Both the position numbers and the translations under genes were made by a program. Below are positions 1-10,068 of a stretch of 64,000 bases of DNA, piece after piece. The stretch comes from Elusimicrobiota bacterium (GTDB lineage Bacteria; Elusimicrobiota; Elusimicrobia; JACQJP01), in assembly GCA_016204975.1 (NCBI GenBank), contig JACQJP010000055.1:2098-66097 (forward strand), written 5' to 3'. The number at the start of each line of letters is the position of its first letter. Position 1 is the first letter of the stretch. The notes beneath the pieces were generated by a model. The model worked only from the letters and a program-made list of their open reading frames with translations, did no database searches and was not told the origin of the DNA.

Positions 1-1166
1 GGAGGCAGGGAGGCCAGGAGATTTCCGGCATAATCTTCCGCCATCCAGTGGTTGCGCCGAAGATTCTTTTCCCATCGCCCCCATAACGCATGGAGCCCCC
101 CAAAAATACATATTGCTACGAAAGCCCTGCGCCGGAAGCTGGGAACGAAGGCCTCTCCTTGCCGAAGCATCCGAATCCCAAAGGCCAAGGCCATCGCCAA
201 GAAAAAGTCCGGCAAGAGGTAGTGGGCCTCTAAGATCGCCACCGCATGGGGGTTGGGGGGGAGGTTGGCTAAAAGAATAAAGAGGGGGCCGCTGCATAAA
301 AATCCAACCCAAAGAAACCTTCTCCAGGGGCCGGCGGCTCCCAGACCCAGAAGGCTCAGGAGTCCCATGGCGCCCCAGGAGCCCCAAAGGTGCTCCAGAT
401 AAAGCCGCATCTGCGGCCAAAAGAGGCTACCCAAGGCATAGTTTTTGGAGAGAAGGTCTAGGGTTCCGCCGTGCGTTTGGCGGGTCAAAGTGGACCAAAA
501 ACGCTCCAGAGTGGCCGGATGGTTCCAGTCCAGCCAGGGAAACTGAGCGGAGCGCAAGGGCAGGTAGAGATAGACCGAAAATCCCAGGAGCCAGAAGAAT
601 AAGATGTGTCCCGCCAAGGGGAATGCGCGGGGCTTCCTTTTATAAAAAAGTACCAGCCACGCCGGAAGGACCAGCAACAGATCCATACGGACCCCCAGGC
701 CCAGGCCATATAGAAAACTCCCCAAAAAAAGATAACGGCCTTCTTCAGTGCGCTCCCAAAAAAACCAGCAGAGGAGGGCGGCGCTCAAGAAGAAAATACC
801 TAAACTGTACATTTCGGAAACGAGGGCCAGCTCCCAAAAAATGCTCGAAAAACCCAAGGCGCACAGAGCCAGGAGCATCGGCGCGGTTCCACAGAGGCGC
901 CGGAGGAAGGCCGCCAGACAAACCAAGCAGAGAGCCGCCGCCAGGGCGGAACCCAGGTTGAGCCGGTAAGCGAGGTTTCCGAAAGGCAATCCCCGGAAGA
1001 GCCGGGAAACAAGCAGATAGAGGGGATAGCCCGGAGGATGGAGGACCCCTAAGGTCTGGGCCCCCACTGCCATCTCCCCCGCATCCCGATAAGGGGCCAG
1101 GGCCGGATACAGGCAATAAAGGTAGAGGCCGAAAAATGCAAGAAAAATAAGGATCGGCAACCTCAT
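1..1166 (-). CDS. DUF2723-family (GT-C / O-mannosyltransferase-like) polytopic membrane protein, partial; C-terminus lies beyond the window start; third tandem paralog
   Basis: Manual translation of the minus strand from ATG (1166-1164) gives MRLPILIFLAFFGLYLYCLYPALAPYRDAGEMAVGAQTLGVLHPPGYPLYLLVSRLF... and stays open to base 1 (about 388 codons, no stop). It has the same HPPGYPLY motif and the LDWNHPATLERFW segment seen in the two downstream paralogs. It is absent from the ORF track because it is edge-truncated. Confidence 0.7.
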   Translation of the reverse strand, partial: MRLPILIFLAFFGLYLYCLYPALAPYRDAGEMAVGAQTLGVLHPPGYPLYLLVSRLFRGLPFGNLAYRLNLGSALAAALCLVCLAAFLRRLCGTAPMLLALCALGFSSIFWELALVSEMYSLGIFFLSAALLCWFFWERTEEGRYLFLGSFLYGLGLGVRMDLLLVLPAWLVLFYKRKPRAFPLAGHILFFWLLGFSVYLYLPLRSAQFPWLDWNHPATLERFWSTLTRQTHGGTLDLLSKNYALGSLFWPQMRLYLEHLWGSWGAMGLLSLLGLGAAGPWRRFLWVGFLCSGPLFILLANLPPNPHAVAILEAHYLLPDFFLAMALAFGIRMLRQGEAFVPSFRRRAFVAICIFGGLHALWGRWEKNLRRNHWMAEDYAGNLLASLP

Positions 1167-1194
1167 CGAGGTACCTCTTCCCGCACCCAGGGAG

Positions 1195-3159
1195 TCATCG
1201 AACCCGCATGGACCGGGCCTGCGGGAGAAATCTTCCGGCTCCCTCGTGGCTTGGGTCCAGAGCCAAGACTTTTTCAAAAGCCTTCACTACCTCCTCCCAC
1301 CTGCCCTGCCTCCAGTAAAGCACGCCCAGATTGTAGTGGGCGTCAATCGAGCGGGGCTCTCGCCGCAGGGCCTGGAGGTAGGCCCGCTCCGCCTCCGGGA
1401 AAAACCCCCGCTCAAAAAACTGGGCCCCGACCCAGGGCCACCAGGCATAGGAAGGCGCCTCCAGCGCCAACCAAGAAAAATGCCGATAGGCCGCCCCCCT
1501 CCTTCCCTGCTCCAAAAGGGCGCTCCCCAGGAGGCTGTCGGCGTTGGCCCTCAAAGACATCTCCCGGCGGCCTCCCGAGGCGGGGCCTCTCGAGGCGGGG
1601 CCTCTCGAGGCGGGGCCTCCCGAGGCAGTCCGCCGAAAGATGTAGAGTTGGGACCAATCCGTTTGGATCGCCTTGCCCCGCAGAGGCAGGCACTCCCAGA
1701 GGATCCCCTGGCGCCGCCTCGGGACCGCCACCATCTGAGGATCCACCGTGGCGTAATAGACGGGCCTGGGAAAACGGCGGGCCCACAGCCCTTCCAGCCT
1801 CTCCCGAATTCGCAATCGAGGAGGCCCCCAAATCCGGTAATACTCCTTTCCGTAAAGGCTGCGGGTGACGCCGGCGTTGCAATCCACAAAGACCACATCC
1901 AGCCTCCTGGCCTCCGCCTTCTGCAGATAGGCCAGGACGAACTCCGTCTCGTCGGCGCGGTCCGCAAACAGGGTGCTGCCCGCAGGCAAAGTCCGCAGGA
2001 CGTTTCGGCCGTAATCCCAAAGCCAGAAGCTTTGCCGTCCGGAATGCTCCCGGGCGGCCCCAATCGCGGAGCCTCCCAGAAACAAAACCAGCCCAACCCC
2101 GGCCAGGCGCCGCGCTGTGCGGGGCAGGGACCTGCCCGGAAAATCCCAGGAGAGGTTTCCGATCCCCACTGCGGAGAGCCAGAGGGGAGCCAGCAAGAAA
2201 CGCTCCATCATCTCATGGGTGGAGAGCCCGGAGCGCACCTTGGCCAGCACGAAAAAGAGAGGGCCGGCGCAGAGAAAGGCCGCAAGCCAGAGCCAGAAAT
2301 TAGAGGGGTTCCTTCTCCACATCTGAAAGGCTCCCAAAACGGCCAACCCGGCCCCAACGATCCCCAACTGGGACGCCCATAAAGTAAAAAAAGCCAGGAC
2401 CGATTCCCAGGCCCGAGCCAGCGTCCAGGGAGTCTCTGCGCCTCCCTGGGCCAGGGCCAGCGTGCCGTATCGCGAGCGGCTCACCACCCCCCAAAAGCGC
2501 TCCCAGGACTCCGGGTCCTCCCAATCCAGGAGGGGAGCCTGAAGGGAACGCAGGGGCAGATAGACATAGAGGGAAAGTCCCAGGGCGAGAAAAAACAGGG
2601 ACTCCAACGCTCGCCTCTTGGAATCCGCCCGGAAGATCCCCGCGCCAAAAAAAATCGCCGGCGCCAGCAGCAAAAGGGTGTGCTGGTTGCCCAGCCCCAA
2701 GCCCCAAAGAAGAAAACAAAGCCTAAACCGTCCGCCACAGAGGCTCCACCACACGCCCCCCAGGCAAGCCAGGTTTAGGGCGAATACCTCGGAGGATAGG
2801 GAGGACTTCAAAAAAGCGGGGGCTTGGAGCAAGACCAGCGAGGCCAACAAAAAAGGACCCGCACTGGATGAAGAAGCGCGACCGGCGCCGGAGCGCGCCA
2901 ACAAAAGCAGGGAAAAGGCCGCTGCCATAGCAGAGAAAAGATTCATCCGGTAGGCGGGGTTTCCCAGGGGGAGAAGCGAGGAAAAAAGCCTGCCCCCCAA
3001 GACATAGAGAGGATATCCCGGAGGATGGGCGATCCCCAAGGTGCCGGCAGCCGCCGCCAGCTCCGCCGAATCCCCGAAGGAAACGCTGGGAGGCAGATGG
3101 ATGAGCAACCAGAGGAGGCTGACGATAAAGAGAATCGTCCCCATTCGGGCAGTGGTCAT
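1195..3159 (-). CDS. DUF2723-family membrane protein with C-terminal TPR repeats
   Basis: 654-aa ORF. N-terminal GDSAELAAAAGTLGIAHPPGYPLYVL motif and multiple TM helices. C-terminal TPR (AHYNLGVLYWRQGRWEEVVKAFEKVLALDPSH). Contains a PASRG x3 tandem repeat. Confidence 0.75.
   Translation of the reverse strand: MTTARMGTILFIVSLLWLLIHLPPSVSFGDSAELAAAAGTLGIAHPPGYPLYVLGGRLFSSLLPLGNPAYRMNLFSAMAAAFSLLLLARSGAGRASSSSAGPFLLASLVLLQAPAFLKSSLSSEVFALNLACLGGVWWSLCGGRFRLCFLLWGLGLGNQHTLLLLAPAIFFGAGIFRADSKRRALESLFFLALGLSLYVYLPLRSLQAPLLDWEDPESWERFWGVVSRSRYGTLALAQGGAETPWTLARAWESVLAFFTLWASQLGIVGAGLAVLGAFQMWRRNPSNFWLWLAAFLCAGPLFFVLAKVRSGLSTHEMMERFLLAPLWLSAVGIGNLSWDFPGRSLPRTARRLAGVGLVLFLGGSAIGAAREHSGRQSFWLWDYGRNVLRTLPAGSTLFADRADETEFVLAYLQKAEARRLDVVFVDCNAGVTRSLYGKEYYRIWGPPRLRIRERLEGLWARRFPRPVYYATVDPQMVAVPRRRQGILWECLPLRGKAIQTDWSQLYIFRRTASGGPASRGPASRGPASGGRREMSLRANADSLLGSALLEQGRRGAAYRHFSWLALEAPSYAWWPWVGAQFFERGFFPEAERAYLQALRREPRSIDAHYNLGVLYWRQGRWEEVVKAFEKVLALDPSHEGAGRFLPQARSMRVR
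1571..1626. repeat. 15-bp tandem repeat (cgaggcggggcctct), about 3.7 copies, inside the DUF2723 paralog; encodes a (PASRG)n tract
   Basis: Direct reading: cgaggcggggcctct cgaggcggggcctct cgaggcggggcctcc cgaggcag. Confidence 0.5.
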
Positions 3160-5192
3160 CGGTTCTTTCGACCTTCCAGCTCCCGCGCCCTAGCCAAATA
3201 TCCGGCGGCCTGGCCATGGGAAGGATCCAGACGCAGAACCTCTTCGAAGGCCTGGACCACCCCGTCCCATCTTTTTTGACGCCAATACAGGACCCCCAGG
3301 TTATAGTGGGCCTGGACGGAGCGGGGGTCCAGCTCCAAGGCCCTGCGATATGCCTTCTCGGCCTCTGGAAATTTCTCCCGCTTCTCGAGGCTAACCCCTA
3401 AATTGAGAGGAAACTCCGGGTCCTCCGGAAATTCCCACATCCCTTCCCGGTAGAAAGCCTCCGCCCGGAGCCATTGGCGGCTCTCGGCGAAACGGTATCC
3501 CTGCCGGATCCACTCCCACCTCAGGTTGGGCTCCAACCATTCCACATCCCCGCCCGCTCGATGGGCCCACCGTCCCCACAACAGGGCCGGCTGCAAATTG
3601 TTCCGACCGATCTCCCACTGCGCCCGGGCATAAGGAAAGAAGGCCGCCAGGGCCCTCTCCCGATAACGCGGGAAACGGAGGCTCTCCCTATTTCTCAAGA
3701 CGGACAGGGGCCAGAGATTCTCCGCTTCCTTTTCCGAGAGGACCTTTTGAACCAAGCCTATCCATCCCAGCCTCAGCCCGGGCACCAGATCGGAACGCAT
3801 GGTGGAGTAATAAACCGGGCGGAACCCCACCAAGGACCTTTCCACGCGGACCCGCCGCCTTTCCTTTTCCTCGCGGCTCAACTGTCGAAAATCCGGACCG
3901 TAAAGGCCGGGAAACACCAGGCCTCCCCGGTCCGCCAGGGTCACCTCCGGAAGCTCCCCGCGGACGTAGCGGAGGTATGCGGAGGTGTAAAAGGTATCAT
4001 CCCCTCCCTCCATGAGAAAAAGAGCCCGCTGCGGCAAACTGCGCAGGAGATTGCGTCCGTAATCCAGGGCCAGCCACTGAGACCTCAGGCTTCTTGAGGG
4101 AAGCCGCCAAAAAGCGAAAAGTAGGGGGAACGCAGCCGCCAAAACCTTCCAGCCCCTGCTCAGGCGCGGCGAGGCATCGGCGATAAATTCAAAAAAGGCC
4201 ATCCAGGCAAAACCCATGGCCACCGCCGGCAGGGCATAAAACCGCCCCAGGGCTCCTTCCACTTGGGCCGAGGCGGGAGGGTTGCCCAACCATAAGAAAA
4301 AAGGTCCGGAAAAAAATAACCAAAGGAGCGCGACCCCCAGCCCCTCCCGCTCTCTTCTGCGATAAAACCACAGAAGAAAACCGATGCCCCCAAAAAAAAG
4401 GCCCCAGGGGGAGCTGCTCTTCCGGAAAGCCTCCAGAAATCTTTTGGACTGGACGGCCCAGGAGCTCCAACCTCGGGCCTGAGTTTCTTCCACCGTCAGG
4501 GAAAAGGTTCCATAGTCCTTGCGACTGAGCACCCGCCAGAAGCGTTCTGTGCTGGTGGGGTTTCCCCAATTGAGCGGCGGCTGCTGGGCGGCCCGGAAGG
4601 GCAGGATCGCATAGATGGAAAAACCCAGCAGGAAAAAAAATACGGCCACGCCCCATCGGCGAAGCGCCCCCCATCCCGCGCCTTCCCGCAGAACCGCCCA
4701 CAGAAGCGCCGGCCCGATCAAAACCAGGGTGTGGTGATTTCCCAAGCCGAGTCCAAAAAGAAGGCCGATCCAGGAAAGGCTGCGCCGGCGCCGCCAGCCC
4801 CACCCGATACCTATGGCACACAAAAGATTCAAGGAAAAAACCTCCGTCTGAAGCGCGGTATCCAGAAAGTCCAGATTGCAGGCCAATAGGGCCGTCCCCC
4901 AAAGGGAGGCCCCCGGGGAAAACCCCAAGAGCCGGCCCCACCGGTAGAACAAGGAGAGCCCCAGGGAGGCGCAGAATCCGGAAAAGAGGTTCATCCTGTA
5001 TCCCCAGTCTCCCAGCCTCAGAAGCTCGCCGAAGGCTCGGGCCAAAAGAACGTACAGAGGATAGCCGGGGGCATGGGGGAGACTCCAGGTGGCCGCGGCG
5101 GTCATAAACTCCCCGGAGTCGCCGACCGTCACCCCGGGCGCCGACAGGGAGAGATAAGCCCCAAAAGAGGCTAGAAAAACAAAAAAGCCCAT
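3156..5192 (-). CDS. DUF2723-family membrane protein with C-terminal TPR repeats (paralog)
   Basis: ORF track gives 3156..5261. The likely start is the ATG at 5192-5190 (MGFFVFLASFGAYLSL...), which overlaps the upstream TGA as TGATG. Carries the GDSGEFMTAAATWSLPHAPGYPLYVL motif and a C-terminal TPR (AHYNLGVLYWRQKRWDGVVQAFEEVLRLDPSH). Confidence 0.7.
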   Translation of the reverse strand: MGFFVFLASFGAYLSLSAPGVTVGDSGEFMTAAATWSLPHAPGYPLYVLLARAFGELLRLGDWGYRMNLFSGFCASLGLSLFYRWGRLLGFSPGASLWGTALLACNLDFLDTALQTEVFSLNLLCAIGIGWGWRRRRSLSWIGLLFGLGLGNHHTLVLIGPALLWAVLREGAGWGALRRWGVAVFFFLLGFSIYAILPFRAAQQPPLNWGNPTSTERFWRVLSRKDYGTFSLTVEETQARGWSSWAVQSKRFLEAFRKSSSPWGLFFGGIGFLLWFYRRREREGLGVALLWLFFSGPFFLWLGNPPASAQVEGALGRFYALPAVAMGFAWMAFFEFIADASPRLSRGWKVLAAAFPLLFAFWRLPSRSLRSQWLALDYGRNLLRSLPQRALFLMEGGDDTFYTSAYLRYVRGELPEVTLADRGGLVFPGLYGPDFRQLSREEKERRRVRVERSLVGFRPVYYSTMRSDLVPGLRLGWIGLVQKVLSEKEAENLWPLSVLRNRESLRFPRYRERALAAFFPYARAQWEIGRNNLQPALLWGRWAHRAGGDVEWLEPNLRWEWIRQGYRFAESRQWLRAEAFYREGMWEFPEDPEFPLNLGVSLEKREKFPEAEKAYRRALELDPRSVQAHYNLGVLYWRQKRWDGVVQAFEEVLRLDPSHGQAAGYLARARELEGRKNR

Positions 5193-7282
5193 CAGGGCTG
5201 TCCCCGCCTCCTTCTTAAAAACCACTCCGTCCCTAAAATCCCCATCAGCCCCAGCACCCAAGCCGGAAAGGAGGCCGGCTCCACCTTGCGCCGAACTTCC
5301 TCACGCAGGGCCGTGGGGGGAAGGCCCTCCAACCAACTTCCCAGATCCAGCTCCTCCAAACGAGCGAACCCCCCTCCGGATAGAGAGGCCCACTCCTCCA
5401 GCCTCTCCCGCAGCATCGGCCCCGCCTCCTCCCCGGAAGGAGAGGTCTCCAGCTCCAGATGGTCCTCCCCCCATAAAACTCCCGCACGCCGCGCCACGGC
5501 CCGGATTCGATAGGTCCCTCCCCGCCCGATCCACTCCGTTGCGGCGTAGATTCCCTCGCCCACCTTTTCGACGGGAAGAGACTGGGTTTCTCCCCGAGGG
5601 TCCCGCAAGCCCATCTCCACCGCCAGGGAGGCATCCTCCAAGGGCCGGAGGGCTTCATCCCGTACCTGCACCCGGAAGGTAACCTTCTGGGAGGGGCTCT
5701 CCGGCGAAAAAGGCTCCTGCAAATCCAGGACCACCCGCGGCTCGCCCTCCGCACCGGTGACCCAGCGGATCCCCTGATTCCAAAAACGGTTGTAGGCCCA
5801 ATAAAACTCTCCCTGATCCACGGCGCCGGCCTTCCATAACCAGGTGGAGTGGGTCCCGATGGCCAGCACCCGCCCCTTCCCTTTTTTCCAAGCCGCCAGG
5901 ATGGGGCTGCCCTGGGCGCTCGCCAAAACGAGGGCCCCTGGCTTGGGCCCACCCCAGCGGTTTCTCCCTTCCGTGGGCGGCAAAAGCCCCCAGTGGGAAA
6001 ACGGAGTCCCTCCCTCCCCGATCCGCAGCACCGGGTGATTCGGCTCCTGAACCTGCCATTGGAAGCTCCCCGGTTCGTAATCCCCGGAGTTCAGCTCAAC
6101 AGGCAAAACGGCCTCCAAGGGAGTGCCCTGATAGCCGCCGGCTCCGAAGGAGTGAGGACCTCCCAAGACGATCCAGCCGCCCCCCTCCAAAACGAACCGA
6201 ACCACCTGAGCGAGATACGCATCCGGGAGCTGAAACCGCACATGGGAAAAATTCTCCAGGATAAACAGATCAAATTGGAATAAATCCTGGTGAAAGATCT
6301 GATGAGCGGGAAAGGGAATGAGGGAGAGATCTCTTTCCGGAACGGGCGGGATATCCTGGGGATCCCTCAAGATCACAAAAGAAACCAGCTCCACCTTGGG
6401 ATCGGATTTCAAAAGCCGCCTCAAGGAAGCATACTCCGGGCTGGGGCTGCCGCAAAGGTAGAGGACCCGCAGGGTTTGGCGCGCCACCTCCACGGAGATC
6501 TCCCGACGATTGTTGTGCGGATTCGTTTCCCCGGCCAGCGGGGGGACCTCCACCCCGTAACGCAGGGTTCCCAACTGCTGAGGAACTTCCTCAAAGACGA
6601 GCTCCATGCTTTCTGAGCGCCCTGTCCAGCGGACCTGCTGGGTTTGCAAGAGCCGCCCTTTTTCCCCATACAGCTTGAGAGGGAACGATTGAGGCGAGAG
6701 GCCAAAAACCTCCAGGCGAACCCGGAGCCGGAAGGGCTGTCTCAGATAGGCGAAGCGGGGAGCCCAGATCTGGGAGACCCTCAAGTCCCTGGGCACCTTT
6801 TCCCAAGAGATACCGACGGAGGAGAGGGGAACCCCCCAAGAACCGAGGAGCTTGCGGGGATCCTCCGGACCATTGTCCCTGCCGTCCGAAAAGAGCCAGA
6901 CCGCAGACCGTGAAAGATCCTGGGTGGAAAGCTCACTCAGCGCCTCTCCCAGGTGGGTCGCACCTCCCTCCGGAAAAGAGGAGGAGGAACCCAGGTCCTC
7001 CCACCGGATCTTGCGCAGGCGGTCTGAAAAAACATAGAGGCTGACCTCGGCCCGGCGCGCAAGCTCCCTTTCGTGCCGCCGCAGCCAATCCAGGCTTCGG
7101 CGCAGGGCGGACCCCGAATCCTGCCGGGACCCCATGCTGCCCGAGACGTCCAACAAGAGCTTCAGGCGAGGCAGAGCATGCACCTTCTCCTCAAGGACCC
7201 AAACCGGGTTCCAAAGCAAAACCAGAAAAAATACCCACCCCAAGGCCCGCAGCCAGATTCGGACGGAGATCTTGCGCCTCAC
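5192..7282 (-). CDS. membrane-anchored vWA-domain protein (BatB-like) with a C-terminal class-I glutamine amidotransferase-like / DUF1355-like region
   Basis: 696 aa. N-terminal TM helix, vWA MIDAS-like LLLDVSGSMGS, and a C-terminal GGWIVLGGPHSFGAGGY segment. It sits in an operon with MoxR and DUF58. Confidence 0.6.
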   Translation of the reverse strand: MRRKISVRIWLRALGWVFFLVLLWNPVWVLEEKVHALPRLKLLLDVSGSMGSRQDSGSALRRSLDWLRRHERELARRAEVSLYVFSDRLRKIRWEDLGSSSSFPEGGATHLGEALSELSTQDLSRSAVWLFSDGRDNGPEDPRKLLGSWGVPLSSVGISWEKVPRDLRVSQIWAPRFAYLRQPFRLRVRLEVFGLSPQSFPLKLYGEKGRLLQTQQVRWTGRSESMELVFEEVPQQLGTLRYGVEVPPLAGETNPHNNRREISVEVARQTLRVLYLCGSPSPEYASLRRLLKSDPKVELVSFVILRDPQDIPPVPERDLSLIPFPAHQIFHQDLFQFDLFILENFSHVRFQLPDAYLAQVVRFVLEGGGWIVLGGPHSFGAGGYQGTPLEAVLPVELNSGDYEPGSFQWQVQEPNHPVLRIGEGGTPFSHWGLLPPTEGRNRWGGPKPGALVLASAQGSPILAAWKKGKGRVLAIGTHSTWLWKAGAVDQGEFYWAYNRFWNQGIRWVTGAEGEPRVVLDLQEPFSPESPSQKVTFRVQVRDEALRPLEDASLAVEMGLRDPRGETQSLPVEKVGEGIYAATEWIGRGGTYRIRAVARRAGVLWGEDHLELETSPSGEEAGPMLRERLEEWASLSGGGFARLEELDLGSWLEGLPPTALREEVRRKVEPASFPAWVLGLMGILGTEWFLRRRRGQP

Positions 7283-10068
7283 CTCTGGAGCTTCCTCTCA
7301 ATAAAGGGTTGATGTACCGGGTCCAGTTTGTAGGTGCCGGTCAAGGCATAGAGAATCAGGTTGGCGGTCAACTTCATCGCCTCCAACCTCTGCGGCTCCG
7401 CGCCCGGCACACAGGGGTAGAGAAAATTGCCCAAGGGATCCTTCTTCCAGGCGCCCAGGATGTCGTTGCGCGAATAGAGGACGCAGGTTCTTCCCTCCCA
7501 AGAAATTCCCTCCAGATAGGGCGCGACCATCCGGCGGCCGCCGAGGCTGCGCAAAAGATAAAAGGAACGGTAGACGGGATGGTCCGACGGCAAGATGCGC
7601 AGCCCCTCCTCCGGAAAGACCTTCTTCAACTCCCGGCGGACGATCTCATCAAAACTGCTGACCGCCTGTCCTGAGACATCCTCGATCCATAAGGTCCCCC
7701 CGGCAATCAAGAAATTCCGAAGCCGCAGGGCCTGCTCATTGGAAAAAGGGGGGGAGGCGGAGTGTCCCGCCCAAACCAGAAAGTGGGCACGCTGCAAATC
7801 CTGCGCGGAGTCCAAGCCGGCGATTCGCCTTTCCGGCTCCGGATCGACGCTGGTGGTGGACTCCAAAAAAGCCAGAATATCGCGGTGAACCTCCGGGTAG
7901 GGATCCCAAGACTCCCCCTGCCGCAGCTGTGTCCAGATCAACTCCTCGGCCCTGAGCCCCTGGGAAGCCGATGCTCCCAAAACGATCGCCATCCCCAATG
8001 CCCCGGTTCCCCACAACCTCCGTTTGCGAAACCCCGCCAAGATTACCAGCAGCGTCTCCACCCCGAACAGCCCAACCACCGCAAATGCGAGAGGGCGCCG
8101 AACGGGGCGCCCAGAAAGCCTCCCTTGCCACTCCTGGGCAAATCGGGCGAAGTGGAGCCTCTCCCACGGCACGGACTGCGAGGGCGTCAGATCGCTCTCC
8201 CTGGACGGGTCCAGATTGACCGCCAGAATTTCCTGCTTCCAACCCCGGGGGGTGCGATAGGATATCTCATAGAGCCCGGGGTGGGAGAACGGCCCGACCC
8301 GCAGGCGGCCATCGGAGTCCACCGCCAGACTTTCCGCGGGGCCGCTCGGAGGCTGGACGCGGACCCTGGAAACGACCGGCTCCCGAAAGCCGCGCACCCA
8401 GGACTGCCCCACGAAAATTTCTTTCCGCCACTCCTCCTGAAGGGGGACCAGCCTTTGAAGTCCTTCCCGCACCCAAGGCAGATACATCGGCCGCAGGGGC
8501 CAGTTGGTCCAATCCCGGTCCAGGGAGCTGGTCCAAAGCAAGACCATGCCCCTCCCGAAATCCCTCTCCAGCCAGACCGGCATTCCTCCCTGCAGGCGCA
8601 TCAAAACTCGGGCTTGGTCCCTGAGAGCCGTGCGATAGATTTGAAAGACCCGGGATCCCTGCCACTCAAAATCCTTCCAGAAAGCGGGTTGCAACTCCTC
8701 CCCGGGCTCCGGAAGGCCCAGGGGGTGCAGCGGAAAACCCGGCAAAATCTCTGAAAGGGGAGCGTATCCCTCCGGCACAACCCGATCCCCCAAGGTCACC
8801 CACAGACCGCCCCCCCCTCGGACAAATTGAACCAAACGCGAAGCCCAGGCAGGATCCACCCTCTCCAGGTTGGCCAACAGCACGACATCGTATCCCGCCA
8901 GATCCGCCCCAGCGGCCTCCTCCGGCGGGAGGACCTCCAGACGATGGGAGCTCAAGGGACCTTGGGAAGCAACGGCACTTCTAAAAAAATAGGTTTCACT
9001 GAGTCTCTCCGAGAATTTCCTGTCTCCATCCACGCACAAAATCTTCAGGGAGCTCTCCAAGGGAACGGCGAAGTAATACACATCATCCATGGAAAGTTCG
9101 TCCTTCTGCAGGCGCAGAGCCCCATGGACGAAACTTCCGGTGCCCGCCTCGACCCTCCAGAGGACCGTCTGCGCCCTGCCGGGCCGCAGGGAAACCCCTT
9201 GCTGGGCGCGCGGGTTTCCAAACAGCCAAAGCTGACTCGGCCAAGCGGGGCGCCCGGAGGTCCCCCACAACATAGCCTGCATCCGCAACTCCGCGGCCGC
9301 GCCCTTGCGGGGAGGGATTTGCCAAACCACATTCTGGATGTAGGCATTTTGCGCGATCGGCGGCCAAAGAACCCCGAGATGCCCGATGGAGGAGTCATAG
9401 CCCGGAACCCCTTCCAACCAGCTCCTGCTTAGCTTCCTCTCCACTGGAGATTCTCCGAAACCATGCGCGGCATGATCCGAAAACAGCAAGATGGCTCTGC
9501 GGCGGCCCGAGGCAGGCCCCAGTTGGCGGTAGGCCTCCTCCAGGGCAAGCCGGAAATCCGTTTGCCGGTAGCTTGCGGCGTGCGAGCGGATGAGGCGCAG
9601 GATCTGCGTAAAATCCCGACCGACTCCACGGGAACCGGCCTCGACGCGGTCGGAAAAAAAAATCACCCCGGCGCGGTCCTGAGGACCCAAATCCGCCAAG
9701 ACCCCCTGGGCCAGCTTCTGGGCCCAGCTCCATAAGGACTCTCCCTGCCAACGCGCAGACATCGAGTAGGAGAGATCCATTGCAAGCAGCACATCCCAGC
9801 CCTCTTCCCCCTGAGCGCCCACGGAACTCCGAAGCCTCGGTCCGGCCAGGTAAAAAATCAAAAACAATAAAAGCCCCGCCCTCAAAATTCTCAGCACCCT
9901 CTCCAAAAGGCGATGCTGGGCCAAGCCCTTCTCCAAGGTTTTCTGAAGAAAATGCACATCCGAAAAAATTCTGCGGGTCAGATTGCGTCGAAGCCACCAC
10001 TCAATCCCCCAGGGCAAAAATACCAAGGGCACCAAAAAAAACCAACCTGGAGAAAAAAAGGTAAGCAT
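7279..10068 (-). CDS. BatA_N (aerotolerance-regulator N-terminal) + vWA + DUF4159-like multidomain membrane protein
   Basis: 929 aa. N-terminal two-TM BatA-like segment (FLVPLVFLPWGIEWWLRRN), vWA (LLAMDLSYSMSA), and a C-terminal DUF4159-like region (FLVWAGHSASPPFSNEQALRLRNFLIAGGTLWIED). Confidence 0.6.
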   Translation of the reverse strand: MLTFFSPGWFFLVPLVFLPWGIEWWLRRNLTRRIFSDVHFLQKTLEKGLAQHRLLERVLRILRAGLLLFLIFYLAGPRLRSSVGAQGEEGWDVLLAMDLSYSMSARWQGESLWSWAQKLAQGVLADLGPQDRAGVIFFSDRVEAGSRGVGRDFTQILRLIRSHAASYRQTDFRLALEEAYRQLGPASGRRRAILLFSDHAAHGFGESPVERKLSRSWLEGVPGYDSSIGHLGVLWPPIAQNAYIQNVVWQIPPRKGAAAELRMQAMLWGTSGRPAWPSQLWLFGNPRAQQGVSLRPGRAQTVLWRVEAGTGSFVHGALRLQKDELSMDDVYYFAVPLESSLKILCVDGDRKFSERLSETYFFRSAVASQGPLSSHRLEVLPPEEAAGADLAGYDVVLLANLERVDPAWASRLVQFVRGGGGLWVTLGDRVVPEGYAPLSEILPGFPLHPLGLPEPGEELQPAFWKDFEWQGSRVFQIYRTALRDQARVLMRLQGGMPVWLERDFGRGMVLLWTSSLDRDWTNWPLRPMYLPWVREGLQRLVPLQEEWRKEIFVGQSWVRGFREPVVSRVRVQPPSGPAESLAVDSDGRLRVGPFSHPGLYEISYRTPRGWKQEILAVNLDPSRESDLTPSQSVPWERLHFARFAQEWQGRLSGRPVRRPLAFAVVGLFGVETLLVILAGFRKRRLWGTGALGMAIVLGASASQGLRAEELIWTQLRQGESWDPYPEVHRDILAFLESTTSVDPEPERRIAGLDSAQDLQRAHFLVWAGHSASPPFSNEQALRLRNFLIAGGTLWIEDVSGQAVSSFDEIVRRELKKVFPEEGLRILPSDHPVYRSFYLLRSLGGRRMVAPYLEGISWEGRTCVLYSRNDILGAWKKDPLGNFLYPCVPGAEPQRLEAMKLTANLILYALTGTYKLDPVHQPFIERKLQR

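Noticed and set aside
1246-2382. 378-aa and other plus-strand ORFs overlapping the DUF2723 genes (1246..2382, 1251..1868, 3474..4097)
   Set aside because: Pro/Arg/Gly-rich junk translations antisense to well-supported membrane-protein genes. GC-driven open frames.
7762-8754. 330-aa plus-strand ORF inside the BatA_N/vWA gene, and similar antisense ORFs at 11234..12211, 14459..15619, 15950..16768
   Set aside because: All lie antisense to genes with clear homology (MoxR, RecA, DUF885). Translations are low complexity.
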